Source of the DNA: an uncultured Chloroflexia bacterium | Lineage (GTDB): Bacteria > Chloroflexota > UBA6077 > JACCZL01 | Direction: 5' to 3' | Assembly (NCBI GenBank): GCA_963765765.1 | Contig: CAVXYC010000029.1 | Span: 64,001-128,000, forward strand | Length of the DNA: 64,000 nt | In this document: in pieces, positions 29,298 to 39,268 of the stretch | Layout of the letters: every line of letters starts with the position of its first letter | Numbering within the stretch: the first letter of the stretch is position 1 | Notes under the pieces: model-generated | Seen by the model: the letters and a program-made list of their open reading frames with translations, nothing else | The model's database searches: none | Told to the model about the DNA's origin: nothing | Made by a program: the position numbers and the translations under genes

Positions 29298-29326
29298 AGT
29301 ATAGTTGTGCCTTCCAATGCTGTCAA
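29298..29326 (-). promoter_or_regulatory. Sigma70 promoter of the aro operon
   Basis: TTGACA-N17-TATACT. Confidence 0.85.
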
Positions 29327-29523
29327 CGTATTTCTATCCCTCACTCAGGCATCATGAAGCTCGCAATTGAACTCCTGAAGTCACACCGAAGCTGCCTCTC
29401 CGACGCCGCTGAGACGTCCCTTCTCCCCTCAGATCAACAAACCTTTTCGCGGCAGAGGCATTCGCCGTGGGTGACCATACCGTCAGAATTCGAGCGGGAA
29501 GCACCCACGGGAACCGGGACCCT

Positions 29524-30330
29524 ATGGGGGCCTTAGGCGAACGCTTTCGCCAGGCTCGGCTGGACCGGCATGCAACGCTTCAAGATGCGCAGCGGGAGAC
29601 ACGGATCCATCGTAGGTTCCTCGATGCGCTGGAGAAAGAAGACGTAGCCGCACTTCCGGCACCCGTTTATACTCGCGGGTTCATTCGCACCTACGCTGAA
29701 TTTCTCGGGATCGACCCCGAGCCCATGGTGGACCTCTACCAGACGATGCGGGGTAGTGACGAGCCCACGGAGATCCAGTCGGCGACCACGCGGATCAACA
29801 ACCCCAAGCCCGTCTCCACGCGGCTCCTCGGAATCGTCACCGGTGGTATCCTCGTGTTACTCCTGCTCGGTTACCTCTGGAGCCAATACAATTCATTTGT
29901 CGAAAGTGTTCGGCAGGCGGATGCCACCGCGACACCTCGACCTGGACTTGCCGGTGCTCCAAGTCCTGTGCCGCCACCGTTGATCGTGGACCCCGGAGCA
30001 GCGAGTCCAGTCGCCGAGTCGCCGCAGCCGATTAGTACACCGACAGAGGTCGTGGCGACGATCGCTCCGGTCGCCGCCGCCACACCAGTTCGAGGCGTCC
30101 AGGTCGATGTGCGGATTGCGGACCGAACCTGGCTGGCAGTGTGGGTTGATGGCCAGCAGATACTGGCAGAAGAGGTACGCCCCGGGTACACGAGAACGTT
30201 CAACGGGGACCAGTCGGTCCGAATGCGCGTGGGCAACGCAATCGGTGTGATAGCCACGGTGAATGGAATTTCGCAGGGCGCATTGGGCGCTCGAGGACAG
30301 GCAATTGAAGCATTCTGGGGACGGCAGTAG
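29524..30330 (+). CDS. rodZ: RodZ-like protein (HTH_25, TM, DUF4115)
   Basis: LGERFRQAR...YTRGFIRTYAEFLG, a single TM helix, a Pro-rich linker, and C-terminal WLAVWVDG...RVGNA. Confidence 0.85.
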   Translation: MGALGERFRQARLDRHATLQDAQRETRIHRRFLDALEKEDVAALPAPVYTRGFIRTYAEFLGIDPEPMVDLYQTMRGSDEPTEIQSATTRINNPKPVSTRLLGIVTGGILVLLLLGYLWSQYNSFVESVRQADATATPRPGLAGAPSPVPPPLIVDPGAASPVAESPQPISTPTEVVATIAPVAAATPVRGVQVDVRIADRTWLAVWVDGQQILAEEVRPGYTRTFNGDQSVRMRVGNAIGVIATVNGISQGALGARGQAIEAFWGRQ

Positions 30331-31696
30331 TCAGGAGCTCGAGGGTAAGAGCTACTCTGTGGTCACGCTTGGCTGCGCCAAAAATCAGGTTGATAGCGAG
30401 GGGATTGAGCTACTTCTCGAAGATGCGGGTGCCCGGCGGAGCGAGTCTGACGATGCCGACGTGGTTATTGTCAATACCTGCGGCTTTATCGATGCCGCAA
30501 AGCAAGAATCGATCAACACGATCCTGGAGCTCGCTCAGGCAAAGAAACCTGGGCAGCGACTGATCGCGGCCGGCTGCTTAACTGAGCGGTACGGATCTGA
30601 GCTGGCGGCCGAGATTCACGAGCTTGATGGGGTCTGGGGTGCACGCAACTGGGGATCAGCCCCAGAGATCGTGGCTCAATCGCTTGCCACACCATGGGAA
30701 CCTCGCCAGCCTGGCTCGTCACTCGATCTCTTAGAAATGGCCCCGACCGGAGCACTTGATCTAGCAATGCCCAGGCGTCAGGCACAGGGGCCGAGCGCCT
30801 ACGTCAAGATCAGTGACGGCTGTAATCAGCGCTGCGCTTTCTGTGCGATTCCGTCCATGAAGGGCCGTCTGATTAGCAAGCCGACTGATCTGATCATACG
30901 TGAAGTTCAGGAGTTGGTGGATCAGGGTGTACAGGAGTGTGTCCTGATCTCGCAGGACAGCACTAACTATGGACACGATCTCGGTCTCGGTCGCGAAGGC
31001 CTTCCCGACCTGTTGGCTCGAATTACTGATGCAGTACCGAGGCTCTCCTGGCTGCGCGTGATGTATGCCTATCCCGCGCGACTCACCGAACGGTTGTTCA
31101 CGGAGATGCGCGATCGCCCTCAGATCTGTCGGTATCTCGATCTGCCTCTTCAGCACACACACGACGACGTGCTCCGCCGCATGCGGCGTCCTCATAAGCC
31201 CACAAGTGAGCTTATTGAGTGGATGCGCTCGATCGTGCCGGACATCACCCTTCGCACCACCTTCATCGTGGGTTTCCCCGGCGAGACCGAGGAGGAATTC
31301 GAGCATCTCCGAGAGTCGGTAGCCACACTGTCATTCGATCGAGTTGGTGCTTTTACATACTCGGATGAAGAGAGCACTCCGGCGTATGAGCTTGGCAACA
31401 AGGTGAAGGCGCGTGAGAAGGCCCGCCGTAAGCGGATGCTCATGGAGACTGCTCGGGATGCGTCACACCGTCGACTGGAATCAATGGTCGGCCAGGAGCT
31501 GGACGTTCTGGTCGAGGGACGCGGCAGTCTGAGCGGTCGCCCTACACTTGTCGGGCGTTCGCGCCGCGATGCTCCAGAGGTGGACGGACTCGTATTTATA
31601 GAAGGCGGAGCCGAAATCGGCAGCATCGTCCGCGCTCGCGTGGAACGTGCGTTGGACTACGATCTGGTTGCATCGCCGGCACCTGTTCCGTCGTGA
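30305..31696 (+). CDS. rimO: Ribosomal protein S12 methylthiotransferase
   Basis: Motifs LGCAKNQVDSE, NTCGFI, radical-SAM CNQRCAFC, and a TRAM domain with DAPEVDG. Start placed at TTG 30305 (GAGGA RBS). Confidence 0.93.
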   Translation: MKHSGDGSSQELEGKSYSVVTLGCAKNQVDSEGIELLLEDAGARRSESDDADVVIVNTCGFIDAAKQESINTILELAQAKKPGQRLIAAGCLTERYGSELAAEIHELDGVWGARNWGSAPEIVAQSLATPWEPRQPGSSLDLLEMAPTGALDLAMPRRQAQGPSAYVKISDGCNQRCAFCAIPSMKGRLISKPTDLIIREVQELVDQGVQECVLISQDSTNYGHDLGLGREGLPDLLARITDAVPRLSWLRVMYAYPARLTERLFTEMRDRPQICRYLDLPLQHTHDDVLRRMRRPHKPTSELIEWMRSIVPDITLRTTFIVGFPGETEEEFEHLRESVATLSFDRVGAFTYSDEESTPAYELGNKVKAREKARRKRMLMETARDASHRRLESMVGQELDVLVEGRGSLSGRPTLVGRSRRDAPEVDGLVFIEGGAEIGSIVRARVERALDYDLVASPAPVPS

Positions 31697-32182
31697 ATGA
31701 AGATGCCCTCGTCGAGCGATTGCTCGACGAGCTTCGAACGAAGGGCTGGACTATCGCCGTAGCCGAATCGTGCACCGGTGGTGAGCTCAGCGCGCGACTC
31801 TCGGCACCGGCCAGGTAGCTCTGATGTCTTTATGGGCGGCGTGATTCCTTACGCGGATTCAGCGAAGCGTTCACTGCTTGGAGTGGCTTCGGAGCTGATC
31901 TCTGAGCACGGTGCGGTAAGCGCCGCCGTAGCATTGGCGATGGCTCGCGGGGCTCGGGAGCGGCTCGGTTCAGATCTGGGCATTGGAATTACGGGTATAG
32001 CGGGGCCAAGCGGCGCTCGACCGGACAAACCAGTCGGGCTTGTATTCATTGCTATAAGCGGTCCGTCTGGCGATGATGAGCCGCGGCGTGAGGTCTGGCA
32101 AGGGTCGCGAGAATCCAACCGAGCGCATTCAGTCGAATGTGCAATTGAGTCGCTTCTGAAATACGCGGCAAGAGAAAATTAG
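31693..32182 (+). CDS. cinA: CinA C-terminal-domain protein (NMN deamidase, PncC); frameshifted in this sequence
   Basis: GTG 31693 reads ...[18 protein letters not shown]. The second frame continues PGSSDVF...HGAVS...[16 protein letters not shown]. Removing one C at 31807-31808 joins the two. Confidence 0.85.
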
Positions 32183-32199
32183 AACGTTTGTGCTATAAT
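32181..32199 (+). promoter_or_regulatory. LexA (SOS) box overlapping the extended -10 of the recA promoter
   Basis: AGAAC-GTTT-GTGCT (one mismatch to GAAC-N4-GTTC), overlapping TGcTATAAT about 40 nt before recA. Confidence 0.8.
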
Positions 32200-32238
32200 C
32201 GTGCAGTTCCCAGAGAGCGACGGCGTAAGGAGTTAGGG

Positions 32239-33312
32239 ATGGCGGAGCGCGAGCCGAACAAAGACAAAGACAAGGCTATCGAGCTAGCAGTCTCTCAGAT
32301 CGAGCGGGCGTTTGGTAAAGGATCCATCATGCGTCTGGGCGAGGCGTCCGCCAGGATGGCCGTGGAATCGATCCCCACTGGCTCGATCGCGCTCGATCTG
32401 GCGCTGGGCATTGGCGGAATTCCACGCGGCCGAATCACCGAGATCTACGGGCCAGAAGCCTCAGGGAAAACAACCCTCGTTCAGCACGTCATTGCCGAAG
32501 CGCAGCGCAACGGCGGCGTGGCAGCTCTTGTGGACGCGGAGCATGCCCTGGATCCGACATATGCAAAGAACTGTGGCGTGGACGTAGAAGAGCTTTTTAT
32601 CTCTCAACCAGACACAGGTGAGCAGGCGCTCGAGATTGCCGAAGCGCTGGTTCGGAGTGGAGCAATGGACATCGTGGCCATTGACTCTGTTGCGGCGCTA
32701 GTTCCACGCGCAGAGCTCGAAGGTGACATGGGCGATGCGCACGTTGGTCTTCAAGCGCGACTCATGTCGCAGGCCCTGCGGAAACTCACCGGCGCTATTA
32801 GCCGATCCAAGACGGCTGTGGTCTTCACCAACCAACTCCGTGAGAAGGTTGGCGTCATGTTTGGCAATCCTGAGACAACGCCGGGCGGCCGTGCATTGAA
32901 GTTCTACGCGTCGGTTCGACTGGATGTGCGGCGCATCGACGCAATCAAGCAGGGCACAGAAGTGCTTGGCAGTCGGACACGTGTCCGTGTGGTGAAAAAC
33001 AAGGTTGCGCCTCCTTTCCGCACGGCTGAGTTCGACATCATGTACAACGAGGGCATCTCCAAGGCCGGCGGACTACTCGATGTCGGCACGGAGCTCGGTA
33101 TCGTTCGCAAGACGGGCGCGTTCTATTCGTTCGCGGATATGCGCCTTGGACAGGGGCGTGAGAATGCAAAGGAGTTCCTCCGTCAGAACTTCTCAGTTGC
33201 TGTGGATATCGAGCAGCAGATCCGTGATCTTACTGTGAAGCGGGAGCCCGATGAGCTCGTGCCGGCCAACGGGATTCCACTTGACGAGGAAGAATCGGAA
33301 GATCTCCTCTAA
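32239..33312 (+). CDS. recA: Recombinase A
   Basis: Motifs [25 protein letters not shown] and [13 protein letters not shown] 32239 with AAGGAG RBS. Confidence 0.99.
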   Translation: MAEREPNKDKDKAIELAVSQIERAFGKGSIMRLGEASARMAVESIPTGSIALDLALGIGGIPRGRITEIYGPEASGKTTLVQHVIAEAQRNGGVAALVDAEHALDPTYAKNCGVDVEELFISQPDTGEQALEIAEALVRSGAMDIVAIDSVAALVPRAELEGDMGDAHVGLQARLMSQALRKLTGAISRSKTAVVFTNQLREKVGVMFGNPETTPGGRALKFYASVRLDVRRIDAIKQGTEVLGSRTRVRVVKNKVAPPFRTAEFDIMYNEGISKAGGLLDVGTELGIVRKTGAFYSFADMRLGQGRENAKEFLRQNFSVAVDIEQQIRDLTVKREPDELVPANGIPLDEEESEDLL

Positions 33313-33356
33313 GGGGTGCCCCCTAGCCCCCTGGACATGGAGCACGGGGATAGCTC

Positions 33357-34001
33357 GTGGAAGGATTCATTACCGCAATAGAGCCTCAGCAGCGACGCGG
33401 CGGGAAACGTGTCAACGTATTCCTGGATGACCGTTACGCGCTCAGCGTTCGGCTCGACATGGCCGACTCATTGCGAGTCGGCCAATTCATTTCTTCGGAG
33501 CAGTTCAGACGACTGTGCGATGGAGATGAGCGCGCTCGGGCCCTTGACGCAGCGCTTCAATTTCTGGGGTACCGTCCTCGTTCTGAGAAGGAGCTGCGAA
33601 CCAGACTCAAATCCAAGGGCTACTCCGACGTGATTTTGGATCACATCATCCATCGACTCGGTGAGTTGGATCTCGTGGACGACAAGGCTTTCGCCGCCTA
33701 CTGGGTGGAGCAACGGCAAGGCCGTGCACCACGCGGCCGACGACTCATCGATCAAGAGCTGCGGATGAAGGGCGTCGCGGTTGAGACCATCCAGAACGCA
33801 ACGGAAGATTCGACCGACGAAGCCGAGCTCGCCTATCGTGCAGGCGAAAAGCGAGCCCGGGCTCTAGCTTCTCTGGACGACCGTGAGTTCAAGCAGCGAC
33901 TCGGAGCATTCCTACAGCGTCGCGGCTTCGACTGGGAGTCGATCTCCACGGCTGTCCGCCGATTGCGAGCGGATGTGGCCAGTCAGTCTGGCGACTTTTA
34001 G
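33357..34001 (+). CDS. recX: Regulatory protein RecX
   Basis: Motifs RPRSEKELRTRL, DDKAFA, ELRMKGV and FLQRRGF; directly after recA. Confidence 0.93.
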   Translation: MEGFITAIEPQQRRGGKRVNVFLDDRYALSVRLDMADSLRVGQFISSEQFRRLCDGDERARALDAALQFLGYRPRSEKELRTRLKSKGYSDVILDHIIHRLGELDLVDDKAFAAYWVEQRQGRAPRGRRLIDQELRMKGVAVETIQNATEDSTDEAELAYRAGEKRARALASLDDREFKQRLGAFLQRRGFDWESISTAVRRLRADVASQSGDF

Positions 34002-34015
34002 GGCTCACTACGAGT

Positions 34016-34049
34016 AAGGCCGCACTTTTGTGGGTGCGGCCTTTTTTTT
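34016..34049 (+). terminator. Intrinsic terminator after recX
   Basis: AAGGCCGCAC-N8-GTGCGGCCTT followed by a T-tract. Confidence 0.9.
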
Positions 34050-34074
34050 ATTCAGGTGAGCCGATAAGGCGGAC

Positions 34075-35415
34075 TCAGAACGTCGATAGGTACCTGTCGC
34101 GCTCCCATTGGCTGACCTGGCGACGGTACTCATCCCACTCCGCACGCTTGGCTTCGGAGAACCATTCATAAACGTGCTCCCCTAGAGCTTCGCGGATGAC
34201 CTCATCCTTGGTGAGCTCATCGAGGGCTTCGCGAAGTGTACCTGGAAGTACGGCCACCGCGTACTTGTCCATCATTGCATCGTCGATTTGATAGAGGTTC
34301 TCTTCGACGGGCCGCGGAACCTCGAGCTCGTTCCGGATACCGTCAAGTCCGGCTGCCAGCATTACTGAGAAGGCCAAATACGGGTTGCTCGAGGGGTCAG
34401 GGCAGCGAAGCTCAATTCGTGTTGCCTCAGATCTCCCCCGTGTTGTTTGGGGTACCCGAATGAGCGCCGAGCGATTAATCCGTGCCCAGCTTACGTACAC
34501 CGGCGCCTCGAAGCCCGGAACAAGTCGCTTGTACGAATTCACCAACGGCGCAAGGATCGCGATCATGCCGCGTGCATGCTTCAATTGGCCAGCGATAAAA
34601 TGCCGCGCCAGTTTTGAGAGCTGATACTCGTCGTTGGAGTCGTAGAAGAGATTCTCGCCCGTCTTGACGTCAGCTAGGCTCTGGTGCGTGTGCATCCCTG
34701 AGCCGTTGATACCGAAGAACGGTTTGGGCATGAACGTGGCGTACAAGCCATTCCGCTGAGCAATGGCTTTGAGCGCCATCCGAAACGTCACCGCATTGTC
34801 GGCCGTCGTCAGCGCGTCGCCGTATTTGAAATCGATCTCGTGCTGACCAACGGCCACTTCGTGGTGACTCGCTTCCACGACGATGCCGAACGCCTCCAGC
34901 GCGTTGACCATCTCCTTGCGCACGTCGTCGCCTTGGTCGGTCGTAACGTCAAAGTAGCCTGCGTTATCGTGCGGCGTAGATGGAATCAGATCCGTACCGT
35001 TGCTCTTGAGCAGGAAGAACTCCAGCTCAGGTCCGGTCTGGAACTTGAAGCCCATTTCGGCCACGCGATTCACCTGACGTCGCAACACCCCTCGAGGGTC
35101 TCCGGCAAACGGCTCGCCATCAGGTGTGTAGACATCGCAGACGACGCGCGCGGTTCGAGAATCACCAGTGGTCCATGGGATTAACGCATACGTTTCGAGA
35201 TCCGGCTGAAGGTACATGTCGCTCTCGTGAATTCGCGTGAATCCTTCGATTGACGACCCGTCAAACCAGAGACCGTGGTCAATAACGTCAGAAAATTTGT
35301 GGACGGGAATCGTGACATTCTTGATGACGCCAAGAATGTCAGTGAATTGGAAGTTCAAGAAGCGAACGCCTTCGCGTTGAGCTGTCTCGAAAACCTCGTC
35401 CGCTGTCCTAGGCAT
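34075..35415 (-). CDS. glnA: Glutamine synthetase type I (Bacillus-like)
   Basis: Motifs FDGSSIEGF, GPELEFF, HHEVAVGQHEIDF, TFMPKP...NGSGMH, NSYKRLVPG and RIELRCPD. Confidence 0.97.
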   Translation of the reverse strand: MPRTADEVFETAQREGVRFLNFQFTDILGVIKNVTIPVHKFSDVIDHGLWFDGSSIEGFTRIHESDMYLQPDLETYALIPWTTGDSRTARVVCDVYTPDGEPFAGDPRGVLRRQVNRVAEMGFKFQTGPELEFFLLKSNGTDLIPSTPHDNAGYFDVTTDQGDDVRKEMVNALEAFGIVVEASHHEVAVGQHEIDFKYGDALTTADNAVTFRMALKAIAQRNGLYATFMPKPFFGINGSGMHTHQSLADVKTGENLFYDSNDEYQLSKLARHFIAGQLKHARGMIAILAPLVNSYKRLVPGFEAPVYVSWARINRSALIRVPQTTRGRSEATRIELRCPDPSSNPYLAFSVMLAAGLDGIRNELEVPRPVEENLYQIDDAMMDKYAVAVLPGTLREALDELTKDEVIREALGEHVYEWFSEAKRAEWDEYRRQVSQWERDRYLSTF

Positions 35416-37129
35416 GCCGTGCTCTCTTTCGTGATTGGTTGGGGCTCATCGACTCCTGCACCTCAGCCGGAAGGCCGAAGGATGATTCGTCTGATCCAGT
35501 ATGCGCGAGCAAGCGCCGGCCCCTGAGCGCAAGCTGCACCGCTAATCGGGTGTCGCTATCGTCGAGCTCCCGACCGAGCACCTTCTGTGCTCGGTCGAGC
35601 CGGTAAAGCAGCGAATTTCTGTGGAGGTGAAGCTCCTGAGCCGTACGGACGTGATTTCCATTGCATGAGATGAACATCGCAACCGTTGACACGAGCTCGG
35701 ATCTATGCTGGAGATCGTAGTCTTCGAGCGGGCCGATGACGTCTGAGACGAACTCGCGCAATGCCTGGCTGGATCGAAGCTCGAGCAACAGCCGATCGGC
35801 GCCCAGTTGATCGAAGTGAACCGTACAGTCGCCGGCGTGCATAAGCTCAGCGGCAACGAGCGCTTGTTGCGCCTGTCGGTGTCCCGCCGCGAACTCGGCC
35901 GGACTTCTACAGACTCGACTGACTCCTGCGGAGAGAGCAAGGTTTTCGAGGCTCGATGTAAGTGCCCCTCGAATCTCTTCGACCCGCTCCTGGATCTGGT
36001 CATCGGACTGAAGTCGACGTAACGGAAGCAAAGCGGAGAGTCGAGGTCCGGTGTCGCGGAGGAGCGCCGCCGGCTCAATGCGGCGCAGCTCGCGTCGCGC
36101 CGGTTCCAGCCAACGGAGCGGTCGAATGACGTTGTCGTCCACAGGCCCAGAGGCTACGCTGAAGCAACACACGACATGTGGCAAACTCAGGTCATACCCG
36201 AGGGCTCGCGCACGGAAAACTGCCGCCTCTTCGGAAGGGAACGTGCCCGCTAGAAGATCTTCAACCAGGTCGCCCTGAACTCTGAGCTGAACCTCCGTAA
36301 CGGCACGCTGTTTGGCGACTTCCATTGCCAGGACCGACGTCGCTCGATGCGCCAGCTCGGTATCGAAGTCATTGAAGGATTCAGCGACGCCGATCAGTGC
36401 AAGATATCCCGCCGCCGTGCCTTTGAGCATGAGTGGGATAATGAGCGTCTCCTGCTGAACGCCACTGGAGTCAGCCAGCGGAATTGGCGCAGAGCGACGA
36501 GATCCGCGAGGCATTGACTGAATGTGCTGAGCGCACGTCGCCAGCAACGACGCAGGCGGCTCTGAGTTGGGGACGCTCACCTGGACGTGGACGTACTCGT
36601 CAAGCACAACGACTTGCTTACCAGTAGCTTCGGCTACAACTCCTGCCACCGTAACAGACCCTTGCTCATCCATGAGGCAGGACACGAGGTGCTCGTAGAT
36701 CTGCTCGAGTCGCCGTCGAATTTGCCCGTCTCGGTCAATAATGAGACTTACGATCGAACGCTCGGCTTCTGCGAGAGAGGTGTCCGATGGAAGACGCAGT
36801 AGGGGCGTAAGGGCCTGGTTGGCCGCGGCGGTCGCGTCATCTGGACACCGGTCGCTCAGCACGAAAGCACCGACACCGGCTTCTGCCAGGTCTCGGATCA
36901 GTCGAGGAAGCAGGCGTGGATCCGAGCTGAACTGACCGGCGGAGTTCTGTACCAGCACGAGCTCGCCGGCTTCGATGGATCCGAGCGAAACCGGACGCGA
37001 TCCCAGGGAGCGCGCCCAGGTGATGGGTCTCTCAAGCTCGTCGAGCCCCGCGAGCACCTCCGTCCCGGGCGGCAGGGCAAGCCGCAATACCTCGGCTAAT
37101 GTGACCAAAGATCGGCTATTCGAACGCAT
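35408..37129 (-). CDS. PucR/CdaR-family transcriptional regulator
   Basis: N-terminal PucR-like VLAGLDELERPITW...GELVL, a GAF/GGDEF-like middle, and C-terminal HTH_30 GNHVRTAQELHLHRNSLLYRL. Overlaps the glnA start by 8 nt. Confidence 0.9.
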   Translation of the reverse strand: MRSNSRSLVTLAEVLRLALPPGTEVLAGLDELERPITWARSLGSRPVSLGSIEAGELVLVQNSAGQFSSDPRLLPRLIRDLAEAGVGAFVLSDRCPDDATAAANQALTPLLRLPSDTSLAEAERSIVSLIIDRDGQIRRRLEQIYEHLVSCLMDEQGSVTVAGVVAEATGKQVVVLDEYVHVQVSVPNSEPPASLLATCAQHIQSMPRGSRRSAPIPLADSSGVQQETLIIPLMLKGTAAGYLALIGVAESFNDFDTELAHRATSVLAMEVAKQRAVTEVQLRVQGDLVEDLLAGTFPSEEAAVFRARALGYDLSLPHVVCCFSVASGPVDDNVIRPLRWLEPARRELRRIEPAALLRDTGPRLSALLPLRRLQSDDQIQERVEEIRGALTSSLENLALSAGVSRVCRSPAEFAAGHRQAQQALVAAELMHAGDCTVHFDQLGADRLLLELRSSQALREFVSDVIGPLEDYDLQHRSELVSTVAMFISCNGNHVRTAQELHLHRNSLLYRLDRAQKVLGRELDDSDTRLAVQLALRGRRLLAHTGSDESSFGLPAEVQESMSPNQSRKRARHA

Positions 37130-37145
37130 CAATCAGGGTCCATTC

Positions 37146-37193
37146 CTGTGCATACTATACAATCGATTCTCCAGTCGTGTGCATGCCGTCCAA
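37146..37193. promoter_or_regulatory. Two 17-bp boxes, 31 bp apart; candidate PucR-family operator
   Basis: CTGTGCATACTATACAA (37146-37162) and GTGTGCATGCCGTCCAA (37177-37193). Confidence 0.6.
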
Positions 37194-37248
37194 TAAGCTG
37201 AACGTGTCCTAGCCTCTCTCGTAGGTCGCTTACGAAGGTCCGTTCTGG

Positions 37249-37277
37249 TTGACGGTACACCGCGCCCGGCGTATCAT
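37249..37277 (+). promoter_or_regulatory. Sigma70 promoter of the pyr operon
   Basis: TTGACG-N17-TATCAT. Confidence 0.8.
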
Positions 37278-37315
37278 TCTCGTAGCAGACAGATACGTTC
37301 GATATCGGACGTGGA

Positions 37316-37421
37316 CGTCACCTTTAAACCGGTACCAGAGACCGGAAAGGCGGCGACATGACACTTCATAGCGAGTCTGGGCCCCGACATGCCTTGAATA
37401 GGGCATTCGGGGATTTTTATT
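37316..37421 (+). promoter_or_regulatory. PyrR-binding RNA leader plus attenuator terminator
   Basis: CCTTTAA...CCAGAGA...AAAGG stem-loop (37321-37350), then terminator CCCCGAcATGCCT-N-GGGCATTCGGGG-ATTTTTATT (37382-37421) just upstream of pyrR. Confidence 0.8.
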
Positions 37422-37433
37422 GCCTGGAATTGA

Positions 37434-39082
<1,649 letters not shown>

Positions 39083-39106
39083 TGTCCAGTCATCCAGACA
39101 GGAATC

Positions 39107-39249
39107 GGGCGACCCACCCCAACCCTCCCCGTGCGCGGGAAGGGGGCCGGATTTGAGAATTTCTTGCATATGGCGCGCGGTCGAATCGGAAATTTCTCGG
39201 GAAGCCGGCCCCCTCCCCGCGCACGGGGAGGGTTGGGGCGGGGTCGCCC
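39107..39249. repeat. REPIN/MITE-like element: about 44-bp near-perfect terminal inverted repeats around a 54-nt spacer
   Basis: Left arm GGGCGACCCACCCCAACCCTCCCCGTGCGCGGGAAGGGGGCCGG (39107-39150); right arm 39205-39249 is its near-perfect reverse complement. Confidence 0.85.
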
Positions 39250-39268
39250 TCACGCCAGGACCCCACTC

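Noticed and set aside
37233-37246. CGAAG-GTCC-GTTCT next to the pyr -35 as an SOS box
   Set aside because: Mismatch at the conserved C of GAAC; expected by chance.
39131-39268. 46-aa N-terminal extension of PyrC in the ORF track
   Set aside because: It is a translation of the inverted-repeat element; ATG 39269 has its own AGGA RBS.
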